DNA of 64,000 nucleotides from the human T2T-CHM13v2.0 reference genome, Homo sapiens, in NCBI RefSeq assembly GCF_009914755.1, contig NC_060947.1; one strand, 5' to 3'. The notes beneath the pieces were generated by a model that did not search any database, was not told the origin of the DNA, and saw only the letters and a program-made list of their open reading frames with translations. The stretch's first letter is position 1. Every line of letters begins with the position of its first letter. Position numbers and translations under genes: made by a program. This document shows positions 1 through 11,730 of the stretch, piece by piece.

Positions 1-1287
1 TTCTGTTTCCTAGTCATTTATCTGTTCTTTCAGAGTCTGTTTGTGTCCTTGGTCTTCTTTCAGAGGACCCTGATGGAATAAATTTAGACTAGGGTGTGGG
101 CATTAAAATGGGGGCATGAGAACGAAGTTGTGATGGAGGATGATGAGAGGAGAGAATAGGTGCTGGGAGATTCTTAGGCCCAATTTCCAACGTTTTCCCT
201 TTAACCTGACCACTTCCTTTTCTCTGGTTTAGGTTCCTTCTGCTTCCTTCCTCCTTTTCCATCCAAGCCAGATTTCTTTTCTTAGGAGCCTACCCCTCCT
301 GTGATAATTTGTTCGACCCAGAATCTTCATTCTCAATCATCCTGTCTGGAGGCACTCAACCCAGAAGGACAGAACAGCCTCATCTGAGCCTCCCCCAGGA
401 GGAACAGCACGTTATAATATTGGGAAGAAGAAGATAACGATATCTCCATTTTAATAGAATATTGATATTTTGGCATGACTGGAAATACCCTTGTAGTTGG
501 AGGAGAGTTTCACCGCCACTGCCCATATTCAGACCAAGCCATGGATCCAGGGACCTTGGGGGTCCACTGAAACCCAGAGGTCTATAGCATTTGGGCTACA
601 TCTCAGTCACTGGCTCTGTGGCTGTTGCTATTTCAGACCTCTCCCAGGCCACTGTGGTTCTTCAGGATACAAAGAAAGACACTTCCTTCCTTCCCTTCCC
701 TTCAATGTTTAAAGGCTGTTTCATGCAATAATTAGTCTGTGTAGTTTGAAATGGCAGATGAAACACACTATTTCCACTATTTTTGGAAGGTCAAAAGTAG
801 ATAAAGTCATGAGTAAATGTTCAGGGAACCCCAGCTTAGGATGAGGTGGGAGATAGGCTCACAGAAAGGAATATGGACCAAAGGGAAGCCTTGCGATTTG
901 GAGACACCAGGTGCTGTGAAGGGTAGGAGTGAGGCTCATGCCTAAAAACAGTGACATTCATTAAAAGACTCTAATGTGGGAAAAGTCCCTCCTGCCTCCC
1001 CAGATCCACTCATTATCGAAGGACAGCACCCACACATAGCACATCCCCTCCTCCCAAGGGAGTAGAGACTTTTCAGGGGAAATTGAAGGCCCTCTGGAGG
1101 GAAAAACTTCCCAATCTGGTATTTAGGGGTTTCCCATTATAAGATTCTATACCTCCTCTTGGTCACCCTAAAGCAATGATTTCCAGTTGGCAATCTTCTC
1201 CTATAAATACCCCCACCAGTTTTTCTAGATCTCACCCTTAAATATGAACAGGCAGGCTAAGATCACCAAATGTTTGAGGTAAGTCAC

Positions 1288-1843
1288 TGTGATGGTTACT
1301 TTTACGTGTCAACTTGGCTAGGCTATAATTAATCAATCAAACACTAATCTGGGTGTCGCTGTAAGGTTTTTGTAGATATGATTAACTTCTACAGTCAGTT
1401 GACTTTAAACAAAGGAGATTATCCATGAAAACCATAGCTCACCCAGTCAGTTGGAAGGTCTTAACAGCAAAACTAAAATTTCCCTGAAGGAGAAGAAATT
1501 CTGCCTCAAGTCTGAAGTGCCAACTCCTGCCTGAGAATTTCCAGCCTGCTGGCCTGCTTTATATATTTCAAACTTGCCTAGCCAGCACCCCATGATCCTG
1601 AAAATCAATTTCTTGAAATAACCACCTACCTACTACAAAAACACCCTTTCTCTGTCTCTATCTTTCTCTGCCTCTGTGTGTCTCACTCTGTCAATAGATT
1701 ATACAGGCATGTATATAATGTATATAATACACAATTTAAAAATACACAAATACACAAATGTAAAGCACACACATAAGATTCTACATATACATGTACAAAT
1801 TTTACTAGTTCTTGTTTCTCGGGTAGAACCCCAACAGACAGAA
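1288..1843 (+). mobile_element. MLT2D-like ERVL solo LTR
   Basis: Starts TGTGATGGTTACTTTTACGTGTCAACTTGGCTAGGCTATA and has an internal CT/AT-rich tract. GTCAC flanks both ends (1283-1287, 1844-1848). Confidence 0.85.
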
Positions 1844-1884
1844 GTCACCAAATGCAAAAGAAGACCAAGACAAACAGTGAAAAT

Positions 1885-2480
1885 GATCTGGGCCCTGCCT
1901 GCTTTGTCAAACTTAACCTTGTACACTTTGCTCCAACCGCGCTGGCCTTCTTGGTGTTCCTGGAACACAGAGTGCTTGTTCTTTTCTCAGAGTCTATCAC
2001 CCCTGGGGCTGCCTCCCACTGCAATGGTTTACCTGGCCTGCTATCCAGATTGTATTCAGGTCTCTGTTCAAGTACTATCACAGCAGAGACATGGTCCCAG
2101 CCTACTCTTTAAAACAGACATCCCCCTACTCCCATATGCTCCATCCACTGAATTTTGTTCGTTCATAGCAATGACAACTTCCTTAAATAATATTATTTAT
2201 TTGTATATTTACTAGTTTTTTCTGTGACAAGAAAAAAATGTCTACAACAGGAACCCTTTACGTCTTTTTTTCCCTTCATGTCAGACAGGTAATGTGCCAA
2301 TGTTGTAACAAGTTTTGAGGGAGGCACATCTCACACATGTACATGAAAACCCAATCATCATGCTTATGAACTAAAGAAGGATCTATTCGTGTCTTGTTCA
2401 CTATTGTGTCCCCATCACCTAACACAGTGCCTGGTCCTTTAAGAGTTGAAGAGATGATATATGGAAGGAATGATAAATGG
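1885..2480 (+). mobile_element. L2 3' fragment interrupted by the U13 copy
   Basis: GATCTGGGCCCTGCC...CTGGCCTTCTT..TTCCTGGAACAC and CTTGTTCACT...CACAGTGCCTGG match the L2 3' end. Confidence 0.65.
2279..2383 (-). pseudogene. U13 (SNORD13-like) box C/D snoRNA retrocopy
   Basis: Minus strand reads GATCCTTCTTTAGTTCATAAGCATGATGATTGGG...GGCACATTACCTGTCTGAC, matching recalled U13. Box C ATGATGA and box D CTGA present; short A tract at 2265-2271. Confidence 0.88.
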
Positions 2481-2807
2481 AAAAAAAATCTCTGAAAGAA
2501 ACAGACGTAGTTCAGGGAACAGTGAACTTTAAAAACAATGCTAATTGGTTACACACTGAAAGATTCAAATCATTATTATAATCCATAAACAATAACGGAA
2601 TACTGTGAACAAAGAACAATTGGAGAAAAAGAAAGAGAGCTTTCAGACCTGAAAAAGATTGGTGAAACTTTAAAACTTCCACAGAAAAGTCCTAAGTTAC
2701 CAACACAATGTCACTGAATACAAAATTGGGAAGGGAAGTGCAGAGCTGGCCCTCACTAGCTGGTTCGAGCCAATATCAGGACAACACTGATAGGTGCAGG
2801 TAGCTGA

Positions 2808-3180
2808 TGTGGTAGACACTGTAATGTGCCCTTCGGATCCTCCCTCAGGAATGAAGGACTTATTACCCCATCTGTTGAGAAGGCTGCCAGATAAGTCTTT
2901 GGCTGTCAGCCTTATTCAGGGATTGCCTCAGCTGAAAAGAGCTACCTAGCCAAGGTCATAGCCCCTTCCAAAGGCATCCCACATTAAATGACTGAACAAC
3001 TTGGGGTATCAGGGGCCAGTTCCCTGGTCCCAAATGGGGACCACTGCGGCAAATTATCCAATCTTCAGAACTTCTTGTAAGGTTGCATGAGGCTTCTGTC
3101 ACGAAGCCTTCTTCCTTCTCTTCCCTGCTCTTCTGCATGTGTTAATCCCAGTAATGTGCCCTAATACACCTTCTGTATCT
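2808..3180 (+). mobile_element. LTR16A-like ERVL LTR
   Basis: TGTGGTAGACACTGT...GATCCTCCCTCAGGAATGAAGGACTTATT...GCCAAGGTCA resembles the recalled consensus. Confidence 0.7.
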
Positions 3181-3446
3181 ATTTTCTCTTCTAAGTCATG
3201 AATTGAAGTCATTAGATGATAGTGATCAGGAGAAGAGAGAGGAGTGAGTGTAGGAAATTTGAGGATACAAGGGAAGGGTGAAATTGTTATTTTAGAGTGA
3301 GAAATTGAGTTTCTAGCAAAGTATAGTGGAATTGTCTCAGTGTTGAGTGAGAAAAAAAGATAAGAGACATGAAGAATAAATTCAGGAGGTCCAATATCAC
3401 ACAGGAATCCAGGAGAAAAAAAGAACAGAGAAAATAGGAAAGGATA

Positions 3447-3792
<346 letters not shown>

Positions 3793-4170
3793 TCAAAGAA
3801 ATAATAGAAGAAATAGAAAAAAAATTTCTGGAACTGAAGAACAAGAATATTTGTATTAAAAGGGCCTATCAAATGCAAAATGAGATTATTCAAAAATAAC
3901 CACACTGGTATACATCCTTATGAATTTTGAAGTACACCACAGACATGAAAGAGAACTTAAATATTTATAGCTGGAAAGAAGCAAATCTGTTACAGAGGAT
4001 CAATAGGCACAGAGAAAGCTTTCAATAACTTCCAACATCCCTTCATGATAAAACCCCTCAACAGACTAGGTATCAAAAAAAAACATACGTCAAAATAATA
4101 ACAGCCATTTATGACAAACCCACAGTAAACATCATATCGAATGGGCAAAATTTGGAACCATTCACCTTGA

Positions 4171-4278
<108 letters not shown>

Positions 4279-4510
4279 TGAAAAGAAGTCACACAATCTC
4301 TTTTCCTTGATGATATGAATCTATACTTAGAAAATTTTAAAGATGCTGCCAAAAGGCTCCTAGAAATTGCCTTGTGAACTTGCATATGATTGGCTTATAA
4401 ATTTGGACAGCTTAAGTAAAGTTGCAGGATACAAAATTAATGTACAAAAATCAGTACCATTTCTATGCATCAACAACATCCAGGCTGAGAGTGAAATCAA
4501 GAACACAGTC

Positions 4511-4608
4511 CCCAAAATCTCAAAAATCACCACTAAAGAACTTACTCATGTAACAAAACACCACCAGTTCCCCAATAACCTGTGGAAATGAAAAATTAAA
4601 CAAAAATA
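4511..4608 (+). mobile_element. About 98-bp L1PB-type 3' end inserted in the L1
   Basis: AAAATCTCAAAAATCACCACTAAAGAACTTACTCATGTAAC is an L1PB 3' end. Perfect 12-bp TSD AAGAACACAGTC at 4499-4510 and 4609-4620. Confidence 0.88.
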
Positions 4609-5021
4609 AAGAACACAGTCTCACTCACAACAGCCACAAAGAAAATGAAATACCTAGAAATACACCTAACCAAGGAGGTGAAAAGTCTCCACAAAGAGAA
4701 CTACAAAACACTGATGAAAGAAATCAGGAATGACACAAATAAATGGAAAAACATTCCATGTTCATGGATTGGAAGAATCAATATCATAAAAATGGCCATA
4801 CTGCCCAAAGCAATCTACAGATTCAGTGCTATTCCTATCAAACTGCTAATGGCATTCTTCACACAATTAGAAAAAAAAAAAACTATTCTAAAATTCACAT
4901 GAAACCAAAAAAGAGCCCAAATAACCAAAGCAATCCAAAGCAAAAAGAACAAAGACGGAGGCATCACACTACCCAACTTCAAACTACACTATAAAGCCAC
5001 AGTAAACAAAACAACTTGGGT

Positions 5022-5327
5022 GGCTGGGCACAGTGGCTCACATCTGTAATCCCAGCACTTTGGGAGGCTGAGGTGGCCAGATCACTTGAGGTCAGGAGTT
5101 TGAAACCAGCCTGGCCAACATGGTGAAACCCCATCTCTACTAAAACATACACAAATCAGCCAGGCGTGGTGGCGGGCACCTGTAATTCCAGCTACTGGGG
5201 AGGCTGAGGCAGGAGAATTGCTTGAATCCAGGGGCATAGGTTGCAGTGAGCTGAGATCACACCATTGCACTCCAGCCTAGGCGACAGAGTGAGACTCAGT
5301 CTCAAAAACAAACAAACAAACAAATAA
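5022..5327 (+). mobile_element. AluS nested in L1
   Basis: Full dimer with (CAAA)n tail; L1 sequence resumes after it. Confidence 0.96.
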
Positions 5328-8097
5328 AGACAGCTTGGTAGTGGTACAAAAACAGACACATAGACCAATGGAACAGAATAGAGAACTCAGAAATAAAGCT
5401 GCACAGCTACAACCATCTGATCTTTGACAAGGCCAACCAAAACAAGCAGTGGGAAAACAATTCCATATTCAGTAAATGGTGCTGAGATAACTGGCTAGCC
5501 ATATGCAGAAGATTGAAGCTGGGCCCATACCTTTCTCCATATGCAAAAATTAACTAAAAATGGATTAAAGATTTTAATGTAAGATCTCAAACTATAGAAA
5601 TCCTGGAAGAAAACCTAGGAAATACTCTTTTCGACATTGGCCTTGGTAAAGAATTTTTGGCTAAGTCCCTAAAAGCAATTGCAATAAAACCAGAAATAGA
5701 CCAGTGGGACCTCATTAAACTAAAGAGCTTCTGTACAGCAAAAGAAACTATCAGCAGAGCAAACAGACAACCTACAGAATGGGAGAAGATATTTGCAAAC
5801 TATGTATCTGACAAAGGTCTAATACTCAGAATCTATAGGGAACTTGAAAAAATTAACAAGTAAAAACCAAATAACACCATTAAAAAGTGGGCAAATGACA
5901 TGAACAGGCACTTTTCGAAAGAAGACATACAAATGGCCAACAAATATATGAAACAATACTCAGCATCACTATCATCAGAGAAATGCAAATCAAAACCACA
6001 ATGAGATACCATCTCACACCAGTCAGAATGGCTATTACTAAAAAGTCAAAAAACAACAGATGCTGGCTGGCAAGGCAGCAGAGAAAAGCAAACACTTATA
6101 CACTGTTGGTGGAAATGTAAATTAGTCCAGCCGCTGTGGAAAGCAGTCTGGAGATTTCTGAAAGAACTTAAAACAATTCTACCACTGGACACAGCAATCC
6201 CATTACTGGGTATGTACCCAAAAGAAATTATTCTACCAAAAAGACACATGCACTTGTATGTTCATCACTGCACTGTTCACAATAGCAAAGACATGGAGTC
6301 AACCCAGGTTCCCATCAGTGGTAAATGGGATAAAGAAAATGTGCTACATATACATTATGGAATACTAGGCAGCCATAAAAAAGAAAGAAATCATTCTTTG
6401 CAGCAACATGCACGGAGCTGGAGGCCATAATTCTAAGCAAGTTAGTGCAGGAACAGAAAACCAAATACCACATGTTCTCATTTATGAAGGGAGCTAAGCA
6501 TTGAGCACACATGGACATTAATATGGGAACAACAGATATTGTGGACTACTAGAGGGTGCAGGGAGGTGGGGAGGATAAAAAAAAAAACAACTATTGGGTA
6601 CTATGCTCACTACCAGGATGACAGGATCTGTACCTTAAGCCTCAGCATCATGTAATATTCCCATATGACAAATCTGCACATGTACCCCCTTATCTAAAAT
6701 TAAAGTTGAAAAAAAATGAAACAAAATGACATTGAACTTCTCAATAGCAACACTGGATTCTACAAACTAATGGAAAAATAAACACAAAATCAGGGGGGAA
6801 AAGGTTTTTCAGCTTGGAACTTTATACTGCGTCAGACTCTCAAACAAAAATAAAGGTTGTCTAAGATATTTTCAGACATAATTATTATTATTATTATTAT
6901 TAATAAAAGTTTATAACCCATATAAAGAAGTTAGTAGAGAATGTATTCCCCAAAAAAATGATGAAGTACATCAATGAAGAGCAAGACAATGAATCTAGGA
7001 AATAATGATCCGATACAGGAGCACAGACAAAGGGAATTTCAGAAAGAGATGTGCAGCTAGCCGGCAGAGTAACCAGCTCAGATGAAAAAAGAAGGATGGA
7101 GGGCTCTGGGAGGGAGCTGCTCCCATCCCTTTCTACCTCTTTCTCACCAAGTTTGGTGAGTTTTCCTTAGGATCTTTTTGGGCCCCTCAAGCAACTTTCA
7201 AGAACCTTGCATATCAGAGAAAAAAAGGGTTGGAGTTTCCAATCCTTTCATTCTGAGAAGACCTCTAGGTTCTTCATATAAACAGTCCCACTCCTTCCCC
7301 AGAAACTTTCTACCTCCACAAATAAATACTATAGAGGCAAGAATAAAATGTGGTTTTGCCTCACTAGAGACCCTGCTTTAAAAAATGTGAGAAACATCAC
7401 CATATTCTTTTGGAAGATTGCCCTCAAGACCTCCCATTTTTCTTTGCTCTCCAAGTCTACATCCCCCCGGCTACCTTCTGGGGACCAAGGTAGTTCTTCT
7501 TGGTCTGGAAAATTTGCGTGCTTAAAAAGAACTGGACACAAATAATGGAATGGTCTTTTACCCACTGAAAATAAATAATCTGCTGTCCAAATTTATAAGC
7601 CAACCATATGCAAGTTCACAAGGCAATTTCTCAAGTCCTAATCCCTAGACGGCTCAGAGACTGAGGCCCATACATTGCATAGGAACCACACCAAGGTACA
7701 GCCATCCCATGAAGCCCAGGTGCACACCAGATTTGTTATACTAATAGTTCCAGGTTTACAGTGGTGAAGTTCTAATCCAGAGTTGAGAAATTCCCACCTG
7801 CCTTTACTTGGGAATCCTAATTATTTTAGAAAAAACTGAACAGTAGACAAAGAACTGTCAGAGAAACCCAAAGCAGGCTATTGCGGTCTGTATGGACAGA
7901 TACACCTTTACAAGAACTGCACTGTGTCCTGCAAATCATTGGTCCTAGAAATGGGGGATTCTGGGGAAAAGGGGAAACTACTACAAGAATGAAAATGACT
8001 GGCTATGGGGGATGCTATCTATAAAAATATTCCAAGACTGACCCACTCATTGCCCCAATCCATTTCTTATATTACTCTAAGGTAAAGAAATACTTAC

Positions 8098-8165
8098 CAC
8101 AAATGTTTGTCCTTAAGACTGTCGCAGCTCATTCTGTTTCCTCGGCCAAAAGAATGTACAATACT
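8098..8165 (-). other. MCF2: Candidate upstream first exon of the neighbouring gene MCF2 (5' boundary uncertain)
   Basis: Consensus donor GTG/GTAAGT at 8098/8097 in unique sequence, with an ATG at 8132. The gene identity rests only on recalled gene order (MCF2 starts roughly 18 kb past the ATP11C 3' end on the same strand); no MCF2 coding sequence is visible. Confidence 0.5.
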
Positions 8166-8224
8166 CTCTGCCTGCTCCAAGAACAAAAGCCTTCTTGCTC
8201 TTAACATGAAAAAAAGTTTCAAAG

Positions 8225-8241
8225 CCAATCTGATGTCAGCA
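8225..8241. promoter_or_regulatory. CCAAT box next to a CRE-like/MARE-half motif, upstream of the candidate exon
   Basis: gCCAATc-TGATGTCA-gca at 8224-8241. Motif match only. Confidence 0.25.
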
Positions 8242-8671
8242 ACTGAAAGTGTAGAGAAGCCTTGACTTGAAGTAGAACCCAGAAACAAAATTATAAATCA
8301 TACACTGTATCACAGTAGAGGAAGGAGACCTAATTTTTTTTTTTATTTACAAGGACAAATCTGGAGAAACAGAACGCCCACTCAAGAGTTAGCCCGACAG
8401 TTTGAAAACAAAATACTTCTGCACAAAATGCAGAAGAAGCTGGGCATATCTTTTTTTGTACATGACAAATAAAAATTGTATGGTGTACAATATGATTTCT
8501 GATGTATGTATACATCCTGGAATGGCTAAATCAAGCTAATTAATACTTTCTTTACCTCACATATGTATCCTTTTTGTGGTGGGAACATGTAAAATCTACT
8601 CTCTTAGCAGTTTTCAAGTACACAATATATTGTTATTAACTATAGTTATCATGATGTACAATAGGTTTCTT

Positions 8672-9000
<329 letters not shown>

Positions 9001-9291
9001 AAATAGATCTCTTGATCTTTGTCCTCCTGTCTACGTGTAATGATGCATCCTTTGACCAACATCTCCCAAAACCCTGCCCCATCCTCTGGAAACCACCATT
9101 CTACTTTCTACTTCTATGAGTTTGACTTTTTTAGATTCCCCATAGGAGTGAGATCATACAGTATTTTTCTTTCTGTGTCTGGATTATTTCACTTAGCATA
9201 ATGTCCACTAGGTTCATCCGTACTGTCACAAATGACAGAATTTCATTCTTTTTTAAAGGCTGAATAGCATTTGTGTATATATAGTATAGTA

Positions 9292-9500
9292 TATATAGCA
9301 TATACTATATACATAGCATATATAGCATATACTATATACATAGCATATATAGCATATACTATATACATAGCATATATAGCATATACTATATACATAGCAT
9401 ATATAGCATATACTATATACATAGTATATATAGCATATACTATATACATAGCATATATAGCATATACTATATACATAGCATATATAGCATATACTATATA
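9292..9500. repeat. 27-bp minisatellite (TATATAGCA TATACTATA TACATAGCA), 7 full copies plus a partial
   Basis: Period counted by hand; it produces the 9-aa repeats in the ORF track. One C>T variant in copy 5. Confidence 0.95.
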
Positions 9501-9550
9501 TACGAATGCTATTCGTATATATATACACTATATAGACACGAATGCTATCA

Positions 9551-9553
<3 letters not shown>

Positions 9554-9585
<32 letters not shown>

Positions 9586-9592
9586 TATATAT
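9554..9592. repeat. (TA)n microsatellite
   Basis: Direct reading. Confidence 0.95.
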
Positions 9593-10892
9593 AAAAAATA
9601 TTTTCTTGAGGTTGCTTCCATATCTTGGCTATTGTGAAGAGTGCTGCAATGAACATGGGCGTGTAGATATCTCTTTGACAGACTGATTTCATTTTCTTTG
9701 GATATATACCCAGTAGTGGCATTGCTGGATCATATGGTAATTGATAATATGACCATAAATGCCTGGATTTTTTCTGGGCCAGAACATTCATACTGTTTTC
9801 CATAGTGGCTGTGCTAATTTACATTCCCACCAACAAGGGCTCCCTTTTCTCCACATCCTCACAAGCACTTGTTATCTTATGTTTTTGATAATTGCTACCC
9901 TAACAGGTGCAAAATGTTATCTAAATGTGGTTTTAATTTGCATTTTTGTGATGATAAGTGATGTTGAACATTTTGTCATATACTGGTTGGCCATTTGTAT
10001 GTCTTCTTTTTAAGAAATGTCTACTCAGGTTCTTTGACCATTTTTAATTGGGTTATTTACTACTTTTTGCTATTGAGTTGAGTTCTTTATATATCTTGGG
10101 TATTAACCACTTATCAGATGTATGGTCTGTAAGTATTTTTCCCATTCCATAGATGGTCTTTTGACTCAGTTGTTTCCTTTGATGTACAGAAAACTTTTTA
10201 GTTTAATGCTATCCCATTTGTCTATATTTCCTTTTGTTGTCTGTGCTTTTGGGGTCATATCCAAAAAATCTCTGCCTAGACTAATGTCAAGAAACTTTTC
10301 TTCTATGTTACTTATTTTGAATTGACACATAGCAAATACATACATATGTATATATATATATATATATAAAATTTATGGAGTGCAGTGTGATGTTTTAATA
10401 CATGTATACACTGTATAATGATGAAATCAGGGTAATTAGCATATCCATGACCTCATATATTTGTCATATCTTTGTGGTGAGAACATTCAGTTTGAGGTCT
10501 TACCTTTAAGTCTTTAATCCATTTTGAGTTGATTTTTGCACATGGTGTGAGATGTGTCTAATTTCATTGTTTTGCATGTGTATATCCAGTTTTCCCAACA
10601 CCATTTATTGATGAGGCTGTCTTTTCTCCATTGTGTGTTTTTGGCAACTTTTTTGAAGAACAGTTGACCATAAATGCCTGGATTTATTTCTGGGCCAGAA
10701 GATCTTTAAGGTATGTCCCAACCTTAATATATGTAGATAAAGGTAAATATATATATCCAGAAAAGCTTATTAAAATACTATCATCCTTACTTGGTTCTTT
10801 TTTGTATGTTATCTATATAATTGAAAATGGACATGCATTTACTTTACAACAAGAAAATATAACACATATTTTTAAAAGATACCAAAAATAGA

Positions 10893-11290
10893 AGTGATCC
10901 TTTTAAAACTTAAGTGAGATTATGTCACTCCTCTGTTCATAATATTCCAGACTTCTACTGGAATTCAGAATCAAATCTAATGTCCTTATCATAGTCTACA
11001 CAGCTCTACATGCTCTCATCCTTCCATACCTAATTTCAACTCCTACCAATCTCCCTCCATTTTGGTCACAGTGACCTCCTGGCAGTACCTCCAATATGCC
11101 ATGAAAGCTCCTATCTTGGGGTCTGGGCATTTGCTGTTCACATGGCCTGGATTCCCCTTCATCCATATATATGAATGGCTCCCTCTCTCACTTAATTCAG
11201 TTCTCTGCTCAAATGTCACCTTGTCAGAGAGAACTTCTTTTACTACCATATCTAAAGTAGCACCTGCTATCATTCTCGGAATATTTGCTT
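10893..11290 (+). mobile_element. L2 fragment
   Basis: GATTATGTCACTCCTCTG...CTCTGCTCAAATGTCACCTTGTCAGAGAG. Confidence 0.7.
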
Positions 11291-11582
11291 TGATTGCATA
11301 AACACTAAAACTTTCTGTGCAATATAAAAGATACATTCTTAATGATTAATTGACACAGAGAAAAATATTTGTGAAATACATGACAACATGCACATATTCT
11401 AATATACAGAATTATAATGAGTAAAAAAGGTGAGCAACTTAATAGGACAATGGGTGAAGGAAGTGTAATTGACAAAAGAGGAAATATAAACACCCACATG
11501 TACATGGAAAATCTATTGGAACTCACAAATAAGCAAAGAAAAGCTAATATTACCAAGAGTAAACACTATTTTTCCTTTAATC

Positions 11583-11730
11583 CAGGAGTTGGCAAATTTT
11601 TTTTTCTGTAAACAGCTAAGATAATAGAAATGTCCCCCTTTGTGGGCCACATATAGTCTTGGTCAGACATTCTTCATTACCTTTTTTTCCCTACAGCCCT
11701 AAAGATGCTGACTGGGTTGCTGACCCCAGA
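11583..11730. mobile_element. MER58-like hAT MITE within old L1ME remnants
   Basis: CAGGAGTTGGCAAA..TTTTCTGTAAA..GTGGGCCACATA and terminal TTGCTGACCCC. Confidence 0.55.

Noticed and set aside
1676-2215. Longest ORF in the track (179 aa)
   Set aside because: Runs across LTR, HAL1 and L2 remnants with low-complexity sequence; no recognisable domain.
9243-9621. Repetitive ORFs on both strands (IAYTIYIAY...)
   Set aside because: Translations of the 27-bp minisatellite; no splice or promoter context.
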